Shown piece by piece: positions 19,016-28,814 of a stretch of DNA of 64,000 nt. The translations under genes and the position numbers were made by a program. Each line of letters opens with the position of its first letter. Within the stretch, counting starts at the first letter, position 1. A model generated the notes under the pieces. The model saw only the letters and a program-made list of their open reading frames with translations, did no database searches and was not told the DNA's origin. Origin of the DNA: Candidatus Micrarchaeia archaeon (GTDB taxonomy: Archaea > Micrarchaeota > Micrarchaeia > Anstonellales > JAHKLY01); the NCBI GenBank assembly GCA_041653315.1, contig JBAZFO010000003.1:1180-65179 (forward strand), written 5' to 3'.

Positions 19016-20233
19016 ATGAGTGTTTTTGAAAATAATATAAAAAGATTAGAAAATTTAAAAGATATAATACCAATAACAAAAAAAGAAATGGAAATTTTAA
19101 CTAATCCTAAAAAAGTGCTTAAAGGAAAGATAAAAATAAAGGACAAAGAATACGAAGCGTATAGAATAATATTTAATGATTCATTAGGTCCTGGAAAAGG
19201 TGGAATAAGGTTTCATCCAAAAGTAAATGAAGATGAGGTAAACTCATTGGCTTTTTGGATGGCTTTAAAAAACTCATTAGTTGGATTACCTTATGGCGGA
19301 GCTAAAGGAGGAGTAAATATTGATCCTAAACAATTAACACAAAAAGAATTAGAAGAAGTAAGCAGACAATATATGCAATTATTTTATGAAAACTTTGGAC
19401 AAAATAAAGATATTCCTGCACCAGATGTTAATACTAATTCTCAAATAATGGCTTGGATGCTTGATGAATATGAAAAAATTAAAAATAAACATGAATTCTC
19501 AATGATAACTGGAAAACCTATTGAATTAGGTGGGTGTGAATTAAGAGCAGGAGCAACAGGACAAGGAGGAGCAATTGTTTTAGATAATATAATAAAAAAA
19601 TTGGGAAAAAATCCAGATGAAACTACCGTTGCTATTCAAGGCTTTGGAAATGTTGGATTATATCTAGCTAAATTTTTATTTGAACGAGAGTATAAGATAA
19701 TTGCAATTAGTGATATTTCTGGAATGGTCTATGATAAAGAAGGTTTAAACATAAATAATTTAATCAATGATATGAAAGGAAAAGAATATCTAAAAGACTG
19801 CGGAATGGAAATAAAAGATAAAGAAGAATTATTATATTTAGAATGCGATGTTTTAGCGCCTTCTGCTTTAGAAAATCAAATAACAAAAGAAAACGCAGAT
19901 AAAGTAAAGGCAAAGATAATTTTGGAAATGGCAAATGGCCCAATAACTTCAGAAGCAGATGAAATTTTAAATAAAAATGATATTTTAATTATACCTGATA
20001 TTTTAGCAAATTCAGGAGGGGTTATTGTAAGTTATTTTGAATGGGTTCAAAATAAATTAGGTAATTTCTTTGAAATGGAAGATTTAGAAAGAAAATTAGA
20101 ATGTATATTAAACAAAACAACAGATAAAGTATTTAATCAAGAATTAAAAGACAAATATAATTTAAGAACAGTTGCTTATGCGCTTGCTATAAAAAGAATT
20201 TTAGATGCAGAAAAACTAAGAGGCAACTGCTAA
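19016..20233 (+). CDS. gdhA: NAD(P)-dependent glutamate dehydrogenase
   Basis: Catalytic LPYGGAKGGVNIDP and Rossmann GFGNVGL. AGGTGA Shine-Dalgarno-like motif 7 nt upstream. Confidence 0.9.
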   Translation: MSVFENNIKRLENLKDIIPITKKEMEILTNPKKVLKGKIKIKDKEYEAYRIIFNDSLGPGKGGIRFHPKVNEDEVNSLAFWMALKNSLVGLPYGGAKGGVNIDPKQLTQKELEEVSRQYMQLFYENFGQNKDIPAPDVNTNSQIMAWMLDEYEKIKNKHEFSMITGKPIELGGCELRAGATGQGGAIVLDNIIKKLGKNPDETTVAIQGFGNVGLYLAKFLFEREYKIIAISDISGMVYDKEGLNINNLINDMKGKEYLKDCGMEIKDKEELLYLECDVLAPSALENQITKENADKVKAKIILEMANGPITSEADEILNKNDILIIPDILANSGGVIVSYFEWVQNKLGNFFEMEDLERKLECILNKTTDKVFNQELKDKYNLRTVAYALAIKRILDAEKLRGNC

Positions 20234-21936
20234 TTTTTTATTTTTTTTATTAAATCTTTAACTGTTTTAGCGCTATTTATTATATCCTTATCCTGCGCCC
20301 AGCCTTTTCGCGCTGTTCCTATTCCTAATTCAATAAATCTTAGATGATCAATTGAATGTGAATCTGTTCCTATTGATAATTGTACTCCTTTTTGTATTGC
20401 GCGCCTTATATTATCTGCGCTTAAATCTAATCTATCCATATAACAATCTATTTCTAATGTGGTATTTGTTTGTTTTGCTTTTTCAAATATCTCATCTAAA
20501 TTTAAATTATATCCATCTCTTTTACCTATAACTCTTCCTGTTGGATGTGCTATTATATCAACATTTTCATTTTCCATAGCATTCATTATTCTTTTAGTCA
20601 TGTCTTTTTCAGACATTTTAAAATTGGAGTGAACTGCACCTAAAACAATATCTAATTCTTTTAAAATATTATCAGGAACATCAATTGAACCATCTTTTCT
20701 TATGTTTGCTTCAACTCCTTTTAATACTGTTATTCCATTTACTTCTTTATTTACTTTATCTATTTCTTTTGCTTGTTTTTCAAAATCAATTTCTTTTAAT
20801 CCTTGAGCAATTACTAAATCAGCTAATGAATGGTCTGTTATAAGAATATATTTATGGCCTAATTTTTTAGCTGCTAGAGCCATTTCTTTAATTGAATTTG
20901 AACCATCACTCCAAGTAGAATGCATTTGTAAATCTCCATATACTTTTGAAATTAAATTAGGTATTTTATTTTTTTCAGCTAATTCAATTTCTCCATTATT
21001 TTCTCTTAATTCTGGGGGAACATATTGTAAATTTAATTTTGAATAAACTTCTTTTTCTGTTTTTCCTGCTTCTTGTTTTTTATCTTTAAAAAGTCCGTAT
21101 TCATTTAATTTCAATTTATTTTTCATTGCTATTCTTCTTAAAGCAATATTATGTTCTTTTGAACCCGTAAAATACATCATTGCTGAACCAAATTCATTTT
21201 CATTAAATATTCTAAAATCACAATCAATTCCTATATTCAAAAAAGCAGTGCTTTTTAATTTTCCTTTTGATTTTATTTTTTCAATATATTTTAAAGATGT
21301 AAATTTATCCATTGCTTTTTGTGGATTATCTGAAACAACCAAAATATCTATATCTCCAATAGTTTCTTTCATTCTTCTTAATGAACCTACAAGTTCTATT
21401 TGTTTTATTGATTTTTCTTTTTTTAACTCACTTTTTATTTCATTTGCTATAGGTAAAACATAACCTAATAACTGCCTTCCTTTTATTCTTGAAAGCATTT
21501 GTATCCCATTTAATATTTCTTCTTCTGATTTTTCTCCAAAACCATCTAATTCTTTTATTTTATTATTTTTAACTGCTTTTTCTAATTCATTTAAATTTGT
21601 TATATTTAATTTTTCATATAAAATCTTTATTTTTTTAGGACCTAATGAAGGAATTCTTTTTAAAGAATCAAAATCAACAGGAATTTCTTTTTTTAATCTT
21701 TCATATGTTCCTATTTTTCCTGTTTCTAAATATTCTATTATTTTCTCTTTTGTTGATTTTCCAACTCCTGAAATTGAATCTAATCTTTTTTCTTTATATA
21801 ATATTTCAATATCTTCTTGGAGCATTTCTATTGAAGTTGCAGCATTTCTATATGCTCTTGGGCTCCAATCAACTCCTTTTAATTCTAATAAATCAGCAAT
21901 TTTATAAAATATATTAGCTATTTCTTGATTTTTCAT
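20230..21936 (-). CDS. polX: Family X DNA polymerase with C-terminal PHP phosphoesterase domain (PolX)
   Basis: HhH GVGKSTKEKI, pol beta NTase GSLRRMKETIGDIDILV, PHP motifs LQMHSTWSDGS and HS..DH. Confidence 0.85.
   Translation of the reverse strand: MKNQEIANIFYKIADLLELKGVDWSPRAYRNAATSIEMLQEDIEILYKEKRLDSISGVGKSTKEKIIEYLETGKIGTYERLKKEIPVDFDSLKRIPSLGPKKIKILYEKLNITNLNELEKAVKNNKIKELDGFGEKSEEEILNGIQMLSRIKGRQLLGYVLPIANEIKSELKKEKSIKQIELVGSLRRMKETIGDIDILVVSDNPQKAMDKFTSLKYIEKIKSKGKLKSTAFLNIGIDCDFRIFNENEFGSAMMYFTGSKEHNIALRRIAMKNKLKLNEYGLFKDKKQEAGKTEKEVYSKLNLQYVPPELRENNGEIELAEKNKIPNLISKVYGDLQMHSTWSDGSNSIKEMALAAKKLGHKYILITDHSLADLVIAQGLKEIDFEKQAKEIDKVNKEVNGITVLKGVEANIRKDGSIDVPDNILKELDIVLGAVHSNFKMSEKDMTKRIMNAMENENVDIIAHPTGRVIGKRDGYNLNLDEIFEKAKQTNTTLEIDCYMDRLDLSADNIRRAIQKGVQLSIGTDSHSIDHLRFIELGIGTARKGWAQDKDIINSAKTVKDLIKKIKN
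20250..20335. repeat. About 85-bp direct repeat, copy 2 (native polX 3' end)
   Basis: Identical to 18798..18884. Confidence 0.85.
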
Positions 21937-22026
21937 ATAAAACTAACATACGTAATGTTTAAATTAATTTTATAAATATTTCAAATCTATAGAAAGCTAT
22001 ATAAACATATAGAATAATATAACATT

Positions 22027-22242
22027 ATGACAAATACAACAATTATGATTGATTTAGAAATAAAATCTGCATTGGATTCTCTTAAAATACATCATAGAGA
22101 ATCATATAAAGAAATTATTGAAAAACTTATTAATTTTTATTTAGATGAAAAAAAATTGAAAAATTTTGTAGATGAAGCACAAAAAGAAAAAATAAAGGAG
22201 CTTTGGGATAATGAATGGGATGAAATCTGGAACACAGCTTAA
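22027..22242 (+). CDS. Small antitoxin-like protein (MazE/RHH-like), putative partner of the downstream PemK/MazF-like gene
   Basis: 71 aa, acidic C-terminus, overlaps the next gene by 32 nt. Assignment is by context. Confidence 0.35.
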   Translation: MTNTTIMIDLEIKSALDSLKIHHRESYKEIIEKLINFYLDEKKLKNFVDEAQKEKIKELWDNEWDEIWNTA

Positions 22243-22537
22243 ATTTGGAGATATAATATTAGCTGAAATACCTTTTGTTGAAATTAATGAAGTTAAAAAA
22301 AGACCTGCTTTGGTCCTATTCGAAGAACATAATAATGTAATTTTAATGGGCATAACAAGCAATCCACTAATGAAAGGAATTCAAATAACTAAAAAAGAGG
22401 GTGCTTTAACAAACAGCATTATTAAATTAAATTATATATTTACAATTGATAAAAATAAAATTATTAAAAAACTCTTTTCTTTATCTAAAAATAAAAAAGA
22501 TTTAATTTCTAGAGAATTTATTAAAAAAATAAAATAA
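22211..22537 (+). CDS. MazF/PemK-family toxin-like endoribonuclease
   Basis: GDIILAEIPF...KKRPALVL...VILMGITSN matches the PemK/MazF core pattern (GDIV..fP...K.RPalVl....v.v..iTs). Confidence 0.5.
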   Translation: MNGMKSGTQLKFGDIILAEIPFVEINEVKKRPALVLFEEHNNVILMGITSNPLMKGIQITKKEGALTNSIIKLNYIFTIDKNKIIKKLFSLSKNKKDLISREFIKKIK

Positions 22538-22546
22538 AAGAGGATG

Positions 22547-24661
22547 TTATTCCTCTTGTGTTTCATTTTGTGTTTCTTCTTCTATTGTTTCATTTTCTGC
22601 TTCTGTTTCATTTGTGTTTTCTCCTATTGCGTCTTCTAGTATTTCTTCTGCAGTTATTTCAATGAGTTTTAATTTTGCCTGCCTATCTGTAATTACACAA
22701 GTGTATAATGCATCATCAGAAGTTTCACCATTTATTTCTAAGATTTTGATTGTATATTGTCCTATTGTAAATGTTTCTCCTTCTTCTACTGCTCTTGTTG
22801 TTTCACTGCCGCCTTCCTCAAAAAATAATTCTGCTTCTTTGTCTGAAATTTCACATTTGTCATTTGCTTCTTGTGTTTTGAAGGTTATTGTGTTTAAACC
22901 TAATTTTAAATCACCAAAATCTTCATCTTCTCCTTCTTCAAATGTAAATTCTTCAGATATAGGTTCCATTATTTTTAATTCTGCTTTTTTATTTGATATA
23001 TCACATCCATCTTCATCGTCATTTAATTCAACATCTGCTATAATATCTTCTAATTCTATTTCTATATTATCAACTTTTATTGAATCTCCTAACAAAACAT
23101 CAGATTTAGATTTGCCATATTTTAAAGTTGCATCTTCTTTAATTAAGAAACAAGCTGCTTCAACTTCAACATCTAATGAAACTTTTTCACTATTGATTAC
23201 ACATTTTTCTTGATCTTCATCATATTCAACATCAATATCAAATTCTTTTACTAAGATAATGATATTATCTTTTCTTCCTGTTGTTTCACTATCTTCATCA
23301 CCTAAAGTTAATTTATAATCGTCCTCTCCATCCTCGATTTCTAAAACTACTTTCATATTTGAGGCAGTACAATCACTTGAAGGTAAAGTTAATTTTAAAG
23401 TCACTTCTTCATTATCTATTTCACACGTTCCATTAACTGAATCTTCCATATCTTCAGTTATTTCCATAACTTTTACTCTTTCTCCAGTTATGAAAACTTT
23501 TTCATCACCATAACCTAAAGTAAATGTTTCTGTTGTTAAATCTGGGAATAATAATTGTAAATCAACTTCTCTGTTTGTTATTGTACATTCTTCATCATAA
23601 GTAGTTATTCTTAAAGTTACATTTTCATTTGTAATTTCACATTCTTCTTCAATACATTCAATTTCTTGGCTTATGTCTGTTACTTGAACTCTTACTCTAT
23701 TACTTACAAAACTTGAAGCTCCTTCATTTAATTCAAATGTATCTGTTCCAGAACCTTCTGGACTAACTTTTAATATCACAGATTCTGAAATAATTTCACA
23801 ATCTTCAGTGCAATTTTCAGTTTCAGTATCTATTCTATATATTTCTATTTCAGTATCTTCATCTAAAGTTATATCTTCTCCTTCTTCAAATGTTTGAGTT
23901 TCAACATCAGTATCTGGAGCACCAATTTCTTGAGTAACATCTGTTATTCTAATTGTATAATCTCCGGTTAATGAAGCTTGTTCCCCTTCATCTTTCGTTA
24001 TTGTTACATCTGCCATATCTCCGATAGATACATCTTCTGTTATTGATTTTACTTTTATTTTAATATCATTTTCTAATTCCTTAGTTTCTTGTTCATCATA
24101 AATATCTGAATTAGAAAATGCTTCAACAAATTCTGTTGTTGCTCCTATTGTTTCAACTTCAACATCTGTTCCTGTTGATAAAGTAGTTGAATCAGTAACT
24201 GGAACTACTACTTTCTTTGATGAAACATCTGAAGATTGAACATTAAGTTTTATTTCCTTATTTTTTACTTCACATCCTTTTTTCTCAACACTAAAAATTT
24301 GATTTATATCTTCAATAAATAAAGCTAAATTATCAGATAGAACTTCTTGTCCTTGTTCTATTAAAGTAAATGTTTTGGATTCATTATCTTTAACTGCTTC
24401 TATTTTTATTTTTTCATCTGATATAATACATGTTCCATTATCATATTCTGCATCTTCAGATATGCTTTTTACTAATAAATTCCACCCTTCTAAAGTTGTA
24501 TTTTCTCCTTCTTTTAAACTTGTTGAAGTATCAATTGGAACACAAGTACAATCTTCTTGTTGAATAAATCCTTCTGGACATTCACTTGGACAACCTTCCG
24601 GTCCTAAACATCCAAAAAACAGCATTGATATTAATAATAATCCTAGAATATATTGTTTCAT
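22547..24661 (-). CDS. Secreted or surface-anchored, extremely acidic protein. N-terminal signal and lipobox-like Cys cluster, then about 11 repeats of a C-x-I-[ST]-[DN]-x-x-[AV]-x-L-K motif
   Basis: MKQYILGLLLISMLFFGCLGPEGCPSECPEGF. Repeat examples: GTCIISDEKIKIEAV, CEITNENVTLRIT, GTCEIDNEEVTLKLT, DKCEISDKEAELFF. C-terminal D/E/T-rich tail. Confidence 0.5.
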   Translation of the reverse strand: MKQYILGLLLISMLFFGCLGPEGCPSECPEGFIQQEDCTCVPIDTSTSLKEGENTTLEGWNLLVKSISEDAEYDNGTCIISDEKIKIEAVKDNESKTFTLIEQGQEVLSDNLALFIEDINQIFSVEKKGCEVKNKEIKLNVQSSDVSSKKVVVPVTDSTTLSTGTDVEVETIGATTEFVEAFSNSDIYDEQETKELENDIKIKVKSITEDVSIGDMADVTITKDEGEQASLTGDYTIRITDVTQEIGAPDTDVETQTFEEGEDITLDEDTEIEIYRIDTETENCTEDCEIISESVILKVSPEGSGTDTFELNEGASSFVSNRVRVQVTDISQEIECIEEECEITNENVTLRITTYDEECTITNREVDLQLLFPDLTTETFTLGYGDEKVFITGERVKVMEITEDMEDSVNGTCEIDNEEVTLKLTLPSSDCTASNMKVVLEIEDGEDDYKLTLGDEDSETTGRKDNIIILVKEFDIDVEYDEDQEKCVINSEKVSLDVEVEAACFLIKEDATLKYGKSKSDVLLGDSIKVDNIEIELEDIIADVELNDDEDGCDISNKKAELKIMEPISEEFTFEEGEDEDFGDLKLGLNTITFKTQEANDKCEISDKEAELFFEEGGSETTRAVEEGETFTIGQYTIKILEINGETSDDALYTCVITDRQAKLKLIEITAEEILEDAIGENTNETEAENETIEEETQNETQEE

Positions 24662-24709
24662 ATAAAATCACCAATTTAAATATTATACTAAAATATTTAA
24701 ATATAGTGT

Positions 24710-25588
24710 TTACTCTTTTTTAATGAAACATAATACAAAAATCATTATTCCAGTATATATAATTAATATATAATTCTTGTATGTCTCAGGTAAATAAATT
24801 AATAAAAGAAGGAATAATAATAAGAAAATTAAACCATAAAAATATTTTTTAGGAACTAATTTAAAAAGAATTTCAACTTTATCTAAATAAGAATTTTTAT
24901 GTGCTTCTTCAAAATTTAAAGAGATATTAGTTAAACCTTGAAAATTCTCTGCAAATATAGTTTTTTCTAATTTATCAAAATATTCAAATATTTCCTCTTT
25001 ATTATCCATAGTTATTGCTTTTAACTGCAATATCTCTTCTAATGAAAAAATAACAGATTTTATTTCGGCCATTAAAGATGGATTTAAATCAGGCATATTT
25101 GCATCATTTAAAGTATTTTTTATTTTAATAAATTCTAATTTTAATTCTTTAACTGATTTTTTAACTTCATCAAGATAAACTCCCCTATTTAAAGGATCAT
25201 CTAACTTCTTTTTTGTTTTGATTATTAAATATTTTAAATAATCACTATATGAAAATCCATAATTCTTTTTAAAATAAGAAAGAAATAGTTTTAATGAAGG
25301 TCTTCCTATTTGGATATTTAAAAAGGCTAAAAATTTTTCTAAAATAAAACAAAATAAAAGTATTGAAAAAGTAAATAAAAATAATAAAAATACTGCACTC
25401 ACTAAAGAAGTTAACACTATTAATATAACATTTTCTTCTAAAGTAAAATTAACTAAATAATAAAGAATAAATACAAAACTTATTAAATATACAATACCAT
25501 GCCACCATCTTCTAAAAGAAACTGCTGCTGAAATATCATCAAAAACTATATCTCCATTATTTTTTGTTTTCATATTTAAACGCCCCAA
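24710..25588 (-). CDS. Integral membrane protein, hypothetical
   Basis: Several hydrophobic segments at both ends and a charged central region. Confidence 0.4.
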   Translation of the reverse strand: MGRLNMKTKNNGDIVFDDISAAVSFRRWWHGIVYLISFVFILYYLVNFTLEENVILIVLTSLVSAVFLLFLFTFSILLFCFILEKFLAFLNIQIGRPSLKLFLSYFKKNYGFSYSDYLKYLIIKTKKKLDDPLNRGVYLDEVKKSVKELKLEFIKIKNTLNDANMPDLNPSLMAEIKSVIFSLEEILQLKAITMDNKEEIFEYFDKLEKTIFAENFQGLTNISLNFEEAHKNSYLDKVEILFKLVPKKYFYGLIFLLLFLLLLIYLPETYKNYILIIYTGIMIFVLCFIKKE

Positions 25589-25652
25589 ACCTTATTTGAT
25601 ATTTTTATTTTATATCTTCTTCTTTATAAATGTTTTGCTTTGTGTAAAAAAA

Positions 25653-25678
25653 AGTAAATAGCCTGCCTCAGACTCTGT
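25653..25678. repeat. 26-bp direct repeat AGTAAATAGCCTGCCTCAGACTCTGT, copy 1
   Basis: Identical copy at 27321..27346 spanning the AbiEii stop codon. Confidence 0.8.
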
Positions 25679-25836
25679 TTGAATTATGTGTGAATAGACT
25701 AACCTACATTGTTTATTTAACTTAATTTTGTAATAATATCTTTTCCTTCATAAAATTAGTTCAAAAAGTGTCATTTAATGACACTTTTTAAAAAGAAATA
25801 GAAAGGTTTTTATATTAGTAAGTAATAAACATATCT

Positions 25837-26433
25837 ATGAAAAATATAATTAAAATTTATGAAGCACTGATTAATCGAAAATCAAAAATATGTCATAGAA
25901 AAGAAATTATTGATATAATCAAAGAATATAATAAAAAATTTGGGAAAGTAAACATTAAAAACACGCTAAAATATCTTTCAAGACATAAATATACTATACG
26001 AGTATTCAAAAAGTTCTATTATATAAATTCATTAGATGAAAAGGAGCGTAAATTTTGTTTATTTGAAGATAGAGAATTATTATTTTCTGTATTAAACAAA
26101 CTCGATATTAAATGGTATGTTGGACTTAACTCTGCTTTATACATTTCTGGAGAAATTTGGCAAATACCAAACATATTGACAATAGTAAACAACAAAATAA
26201 GTGGAAAAAAATCAATACTTGGAATTACTGTTAGATTCTTCAAAATAAAAGAATCTTTAATTTTCGGCCTTAAGACAAAAAAAACTAAAAATAAAATTAA
26301 ATTTTATTACTCTAATCCCTCAAAAACTTATTTAGATTTAGTATATTTCAAACAATCTAAAAAAATTATTTTAAAGGAAAAAACTAAAAATTATCTTAAG
26401 AGGTATCCAAAATGGCTCAAAAAATTAATATAA
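25837..26433 (+). CDS. AbiEi-like antitoxin/regulator
   Basis: N-terminal wHTH-like LKYLSRHKYTIRVFKKFYYI. Overlaps the downstream AbiEii gene by 22 nt. Confidence 0.5.
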   Translation: MKNIIKIYEALINRKSKICHRKEIIDIIKEYNKKFGKVNIKNTLKYLSRHKYTIRVFKKFYYINSLDEKERKFCLFEDRELLFSVLNKLDIKWYVGLNSALYISGEIWQIPNILTIVNNKISGKKSILGITVRFFKIKESLIFGLKTKKTKNKIKFYYSNPSKTYLDLVYFKQSKKIILKEKTKNYLKRYPKWLKKLI

Positions 26434-27329
26434 ATAAATACATTGCAGAGGTCAAAAGGAATCTTGGAATAAAAGTTTCAGATGAAATAATTGAAAAAGA
26501 CCTGCTTCTGACTATTATTTTAGGGGAGTTTGAAAAGCTCGGGCTTGGAAAAGAACTTATTTTTAAAGGAGGAACTCTTTTATCGAGAAATTATTTGAAT
26601 TACCATCGATTTTCTGAAGATTTGGATTTTGTTCATCATAAATCCAATAAATTAAGAAAAATGAAAAGAAGAACAAGAGAAAAGGAAATTAAAAAATTCA
26701 TAGATTCATTTGTTCCAAAAATATATACATTAGCTGAAAACCTTGAACTTATATTTAGTAAAAATAGAAGTGATACAAAATTCTGTACTATTCTTCATGG
26801 AAGGACAGTATATATTTTCAGAATGTATTATTCTAACTCTAGATTTATAAAAATTGAGATTAATTTTATAGAAAAAATTATTCACAAACCAGTAAAAATT
26901 TCAATAAAAACAATAACTGATCTTTTTGATTCAAAAGAACTTGTGTTCAGTCTTGGGCTTGATATTCAAAACTTTAATATAAAAAGCTATTCTATAAATG
27001 AAATACTCATTGAAAAATACAGGGCAATTTTAACAAGAAAAGACTTAAAAGAAAGGGATTTGTTTGATTTATTTTTTATTCCAAATTCTCTTTCAATAAA
27101 AAAATCTGAAATAATACAAAAAATAAGTGCTTCATCATTAATAAAACGGGATCTTAATAAACTAATAGAAAAAAAACTTACTTTACTTGAAAAAAACAAT
27201 TTTTTTGAGAGTGATGAAAATATGGAATACCTAGCAATCGCTAATTATGATAAAAAGAAATTTGAAAAATTTAAGGAAAAAATAAAACCAAAACTAATAG
27301 AAATTTGCAAGACATTTTTAAGTAAATAG
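26412..27329 (+). CDS. AbiEii-type nucleotidyltransferase toxin (DUF1814-like)
   Basis: KGGTLLSRNYLNYHRFSEDLDFVH signature. Confidence 0.7.
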   Translation: MAQKININKYIAEVKRNLGIKVSDEIIEKDLLLTIILGEFEKLGLGKELIFKGGTLLSRNYLNYHRFSEDLDFVHHKSNKLRKMKRRTREKEIKKFIDSFVPKIYTLAENLELIFSKNRSDTKFCTILHGRTVYIFRMYYSNSRFIKIEINFIEKIIHKPVKISIKTITDLFDSKELVFSLGLDIQNFNIKSYSINEILIEKYRAILTRKDLKERDLFDLFFIPNSLSIKKSEIIQKISASSLIKRDLNKLIEKKLTLLEKNNFFESDENMEYLAIANYDKKKFEKFKEKIKPKLIEICKTFLSK

Positions 27330-27346
27330 CCTGCCTCAGACTCTGT
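27321..27346. repeat. 26-bp direct repeat, copy 2
   Basis: Identical to 25653..25678. Confidence 0.8.
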
Positions 27347-27476
27347 CAGCCTTCTCATCGCATTTCTGCTAAACGGTTGTTCATGTCATCATCGGCTTTG
27401 TCTATAATATACGAACATTTCTGCGCATAATATCATAGACAATTATATTTATGCTTTTTCCCTTTATAAATATTAC

Positions 27477-28379
27477 CTATTGATTTAATTTTATTTCTCT
27501 TAAAACTTCTTTTGTTTTTTCTATTAAATTCTGTGCTTTTTCTTCTCCTTTTACTGTAAAAACTCCTACACGCTTATGGCCTCCTCCACCATATTGTTCT
27601 GCATAAGCGCCCGCATTAAAATCAGTATCAACATCTTTTCTAAACATATTATAAGAAACATTTATTTTTATTAAATTTGGATTTTTTTGACTTTGATAAA
27701 TTATAATCCCAAAAGGAATTTTAGAATGTAACGCATGAACTAAAAATTTTCCAATTTTTGGAGCTTGTCTCCCTCCTCTCATATCTAAAACAAAAAATTT
27801 ATTATCTTCAACTTCAGACCAAGCTTCTATTATATCTTTATAAAATTCAATATCCTTTAATATTATTTCAGCATTATCTTTAACTTCAGGAATTTCTAAA
27901 ATTTCTTCTGGTTTTTTAAAAGAAAGCCAATTAACCATTTTTAATAAATACTTATCAGTTTCCCAAGGTTTATCATAAACAATACTTGAAAATGCAATTA
28001 ATATATACCCTTTTGGTTCTAACACATCTTCAATTTCATATTCTGCACTATCAATTTTATTTGTAATCTCTATTAATTCTCTATATTTATCTAAATAAGG
28101 ATTTTCATAATAATTATAAATCACTTGGGCACAGCTTTTTTCTAGAGCAAAAGATCCTTCAAATTTTAAACTTATTCTATTTGTTGTATGGTGATCAAAC
28201 CACATCCCACATTTTTTATGATAAGGCAAATCAGAAATCACATCATATTTAGTAACGAACACTTTATTTCTAATTACTGAATTTGGAGTAGTAAAAACTA
28301 TTTTATCAATATCTTCAACATCTTTCAATAAAACAGCACATACAACCCCATCAAAATCTCTATGTGTTAATAATCTCAT
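27477..28379 (-). CDS. DHH/DHHA1-family phosphoesterase (NrnA-like nanoRNase/pAp phosphatase)
   Basis: Motif I HRDFDGVVCAV, motif III FDHHT, DHHA1 GGGGH near the C-terminus; 300 aa. Confidence 0.8.
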   Translation of the reverse strand: MRLLTHRDFDGVVCAVLLKDVEDIDKIVFTTPNSVIRNKVFVTKYDVISDLPYHKKCGMWFDHHTTNRISLKFEGSFALEKSCAQVIYNYYENPYLDKYRELIEITNKIDSAEYEIEDVLEPKGYILIAFSSIVYDKPWETDKYLLKMVNWLSFKKPEEILEIPEVKDNAEIILKDIEFYKDIIEAWSEVEDNKFFVLDMRGGRQAPKIGKFLVHALHSKIPFGIIIYQSQKNPNLIKINVSYNMFRKDVDTDFNAGAYAEQYGGGGHKRVGVFTVKGEEKAQNLIEKTKEVLREIKLNQ

Positions 28380-28567
28380 ACTTATTATTAAATAGTAGAA
28401 ATAAATAAAAAATAGCGTATTACTTTTTTGGATTAATATCTTTAAAATAAGATCTTCTTCCTAATTTTTCCTTTTTTGTATCTTGTTTTTTTTCTCCTTC
28501 AGAATCTGTTCCATCCCAAAAAATCATATTATCACCAATTAATTTATTTAACATAAAAATATAAAAA

Positions 28568-28810
28568 TGCTCCGGCCGGGATTTTCTCCCAGTTGGCTTT
28601 TTTGCGCCAGCCAAGGTTTTGAATTCTCGAGCCTACAGGGTTCTTTTCTTTCCCTGGGGTTTCTTTTCTTACAAGAAAAGAAAGGCCACCCGGGTCGCCA
28701 GGGATCTCCAAATTTTCTTTTTCTTTCCCAAGGGTTTCTTTTTCTTTTCAAAAAAGAAAAAGAAAGGCTTTGAGAGCCTGGTATCCTTGACCGGACTAGA
28801 CGACCGGAGC
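28568..28810 (-). tRNA. tRNA-Glu (anticodon CUC) interrupted by three predicted introns: in the anticodon loop, at the T-stem/T-loop junction (about 53/54) and within the T-loop (58/59)
   Basis: Exons read GCTCCGGTCGTCTAGTCCGGTCAAGGATACCAGGCTCTCA / CCCTGGCGACCCGGG / TTCAA / ATCCCGGCCGGAGCA. Joined, they give a canonical archaeal tRNA-Glu (GACCCGGGTTCAAATCCCGGCCGGAGCA). Poly-T follows. Confidence 0.6.
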
Positions 28811-28814
28811 TTTA

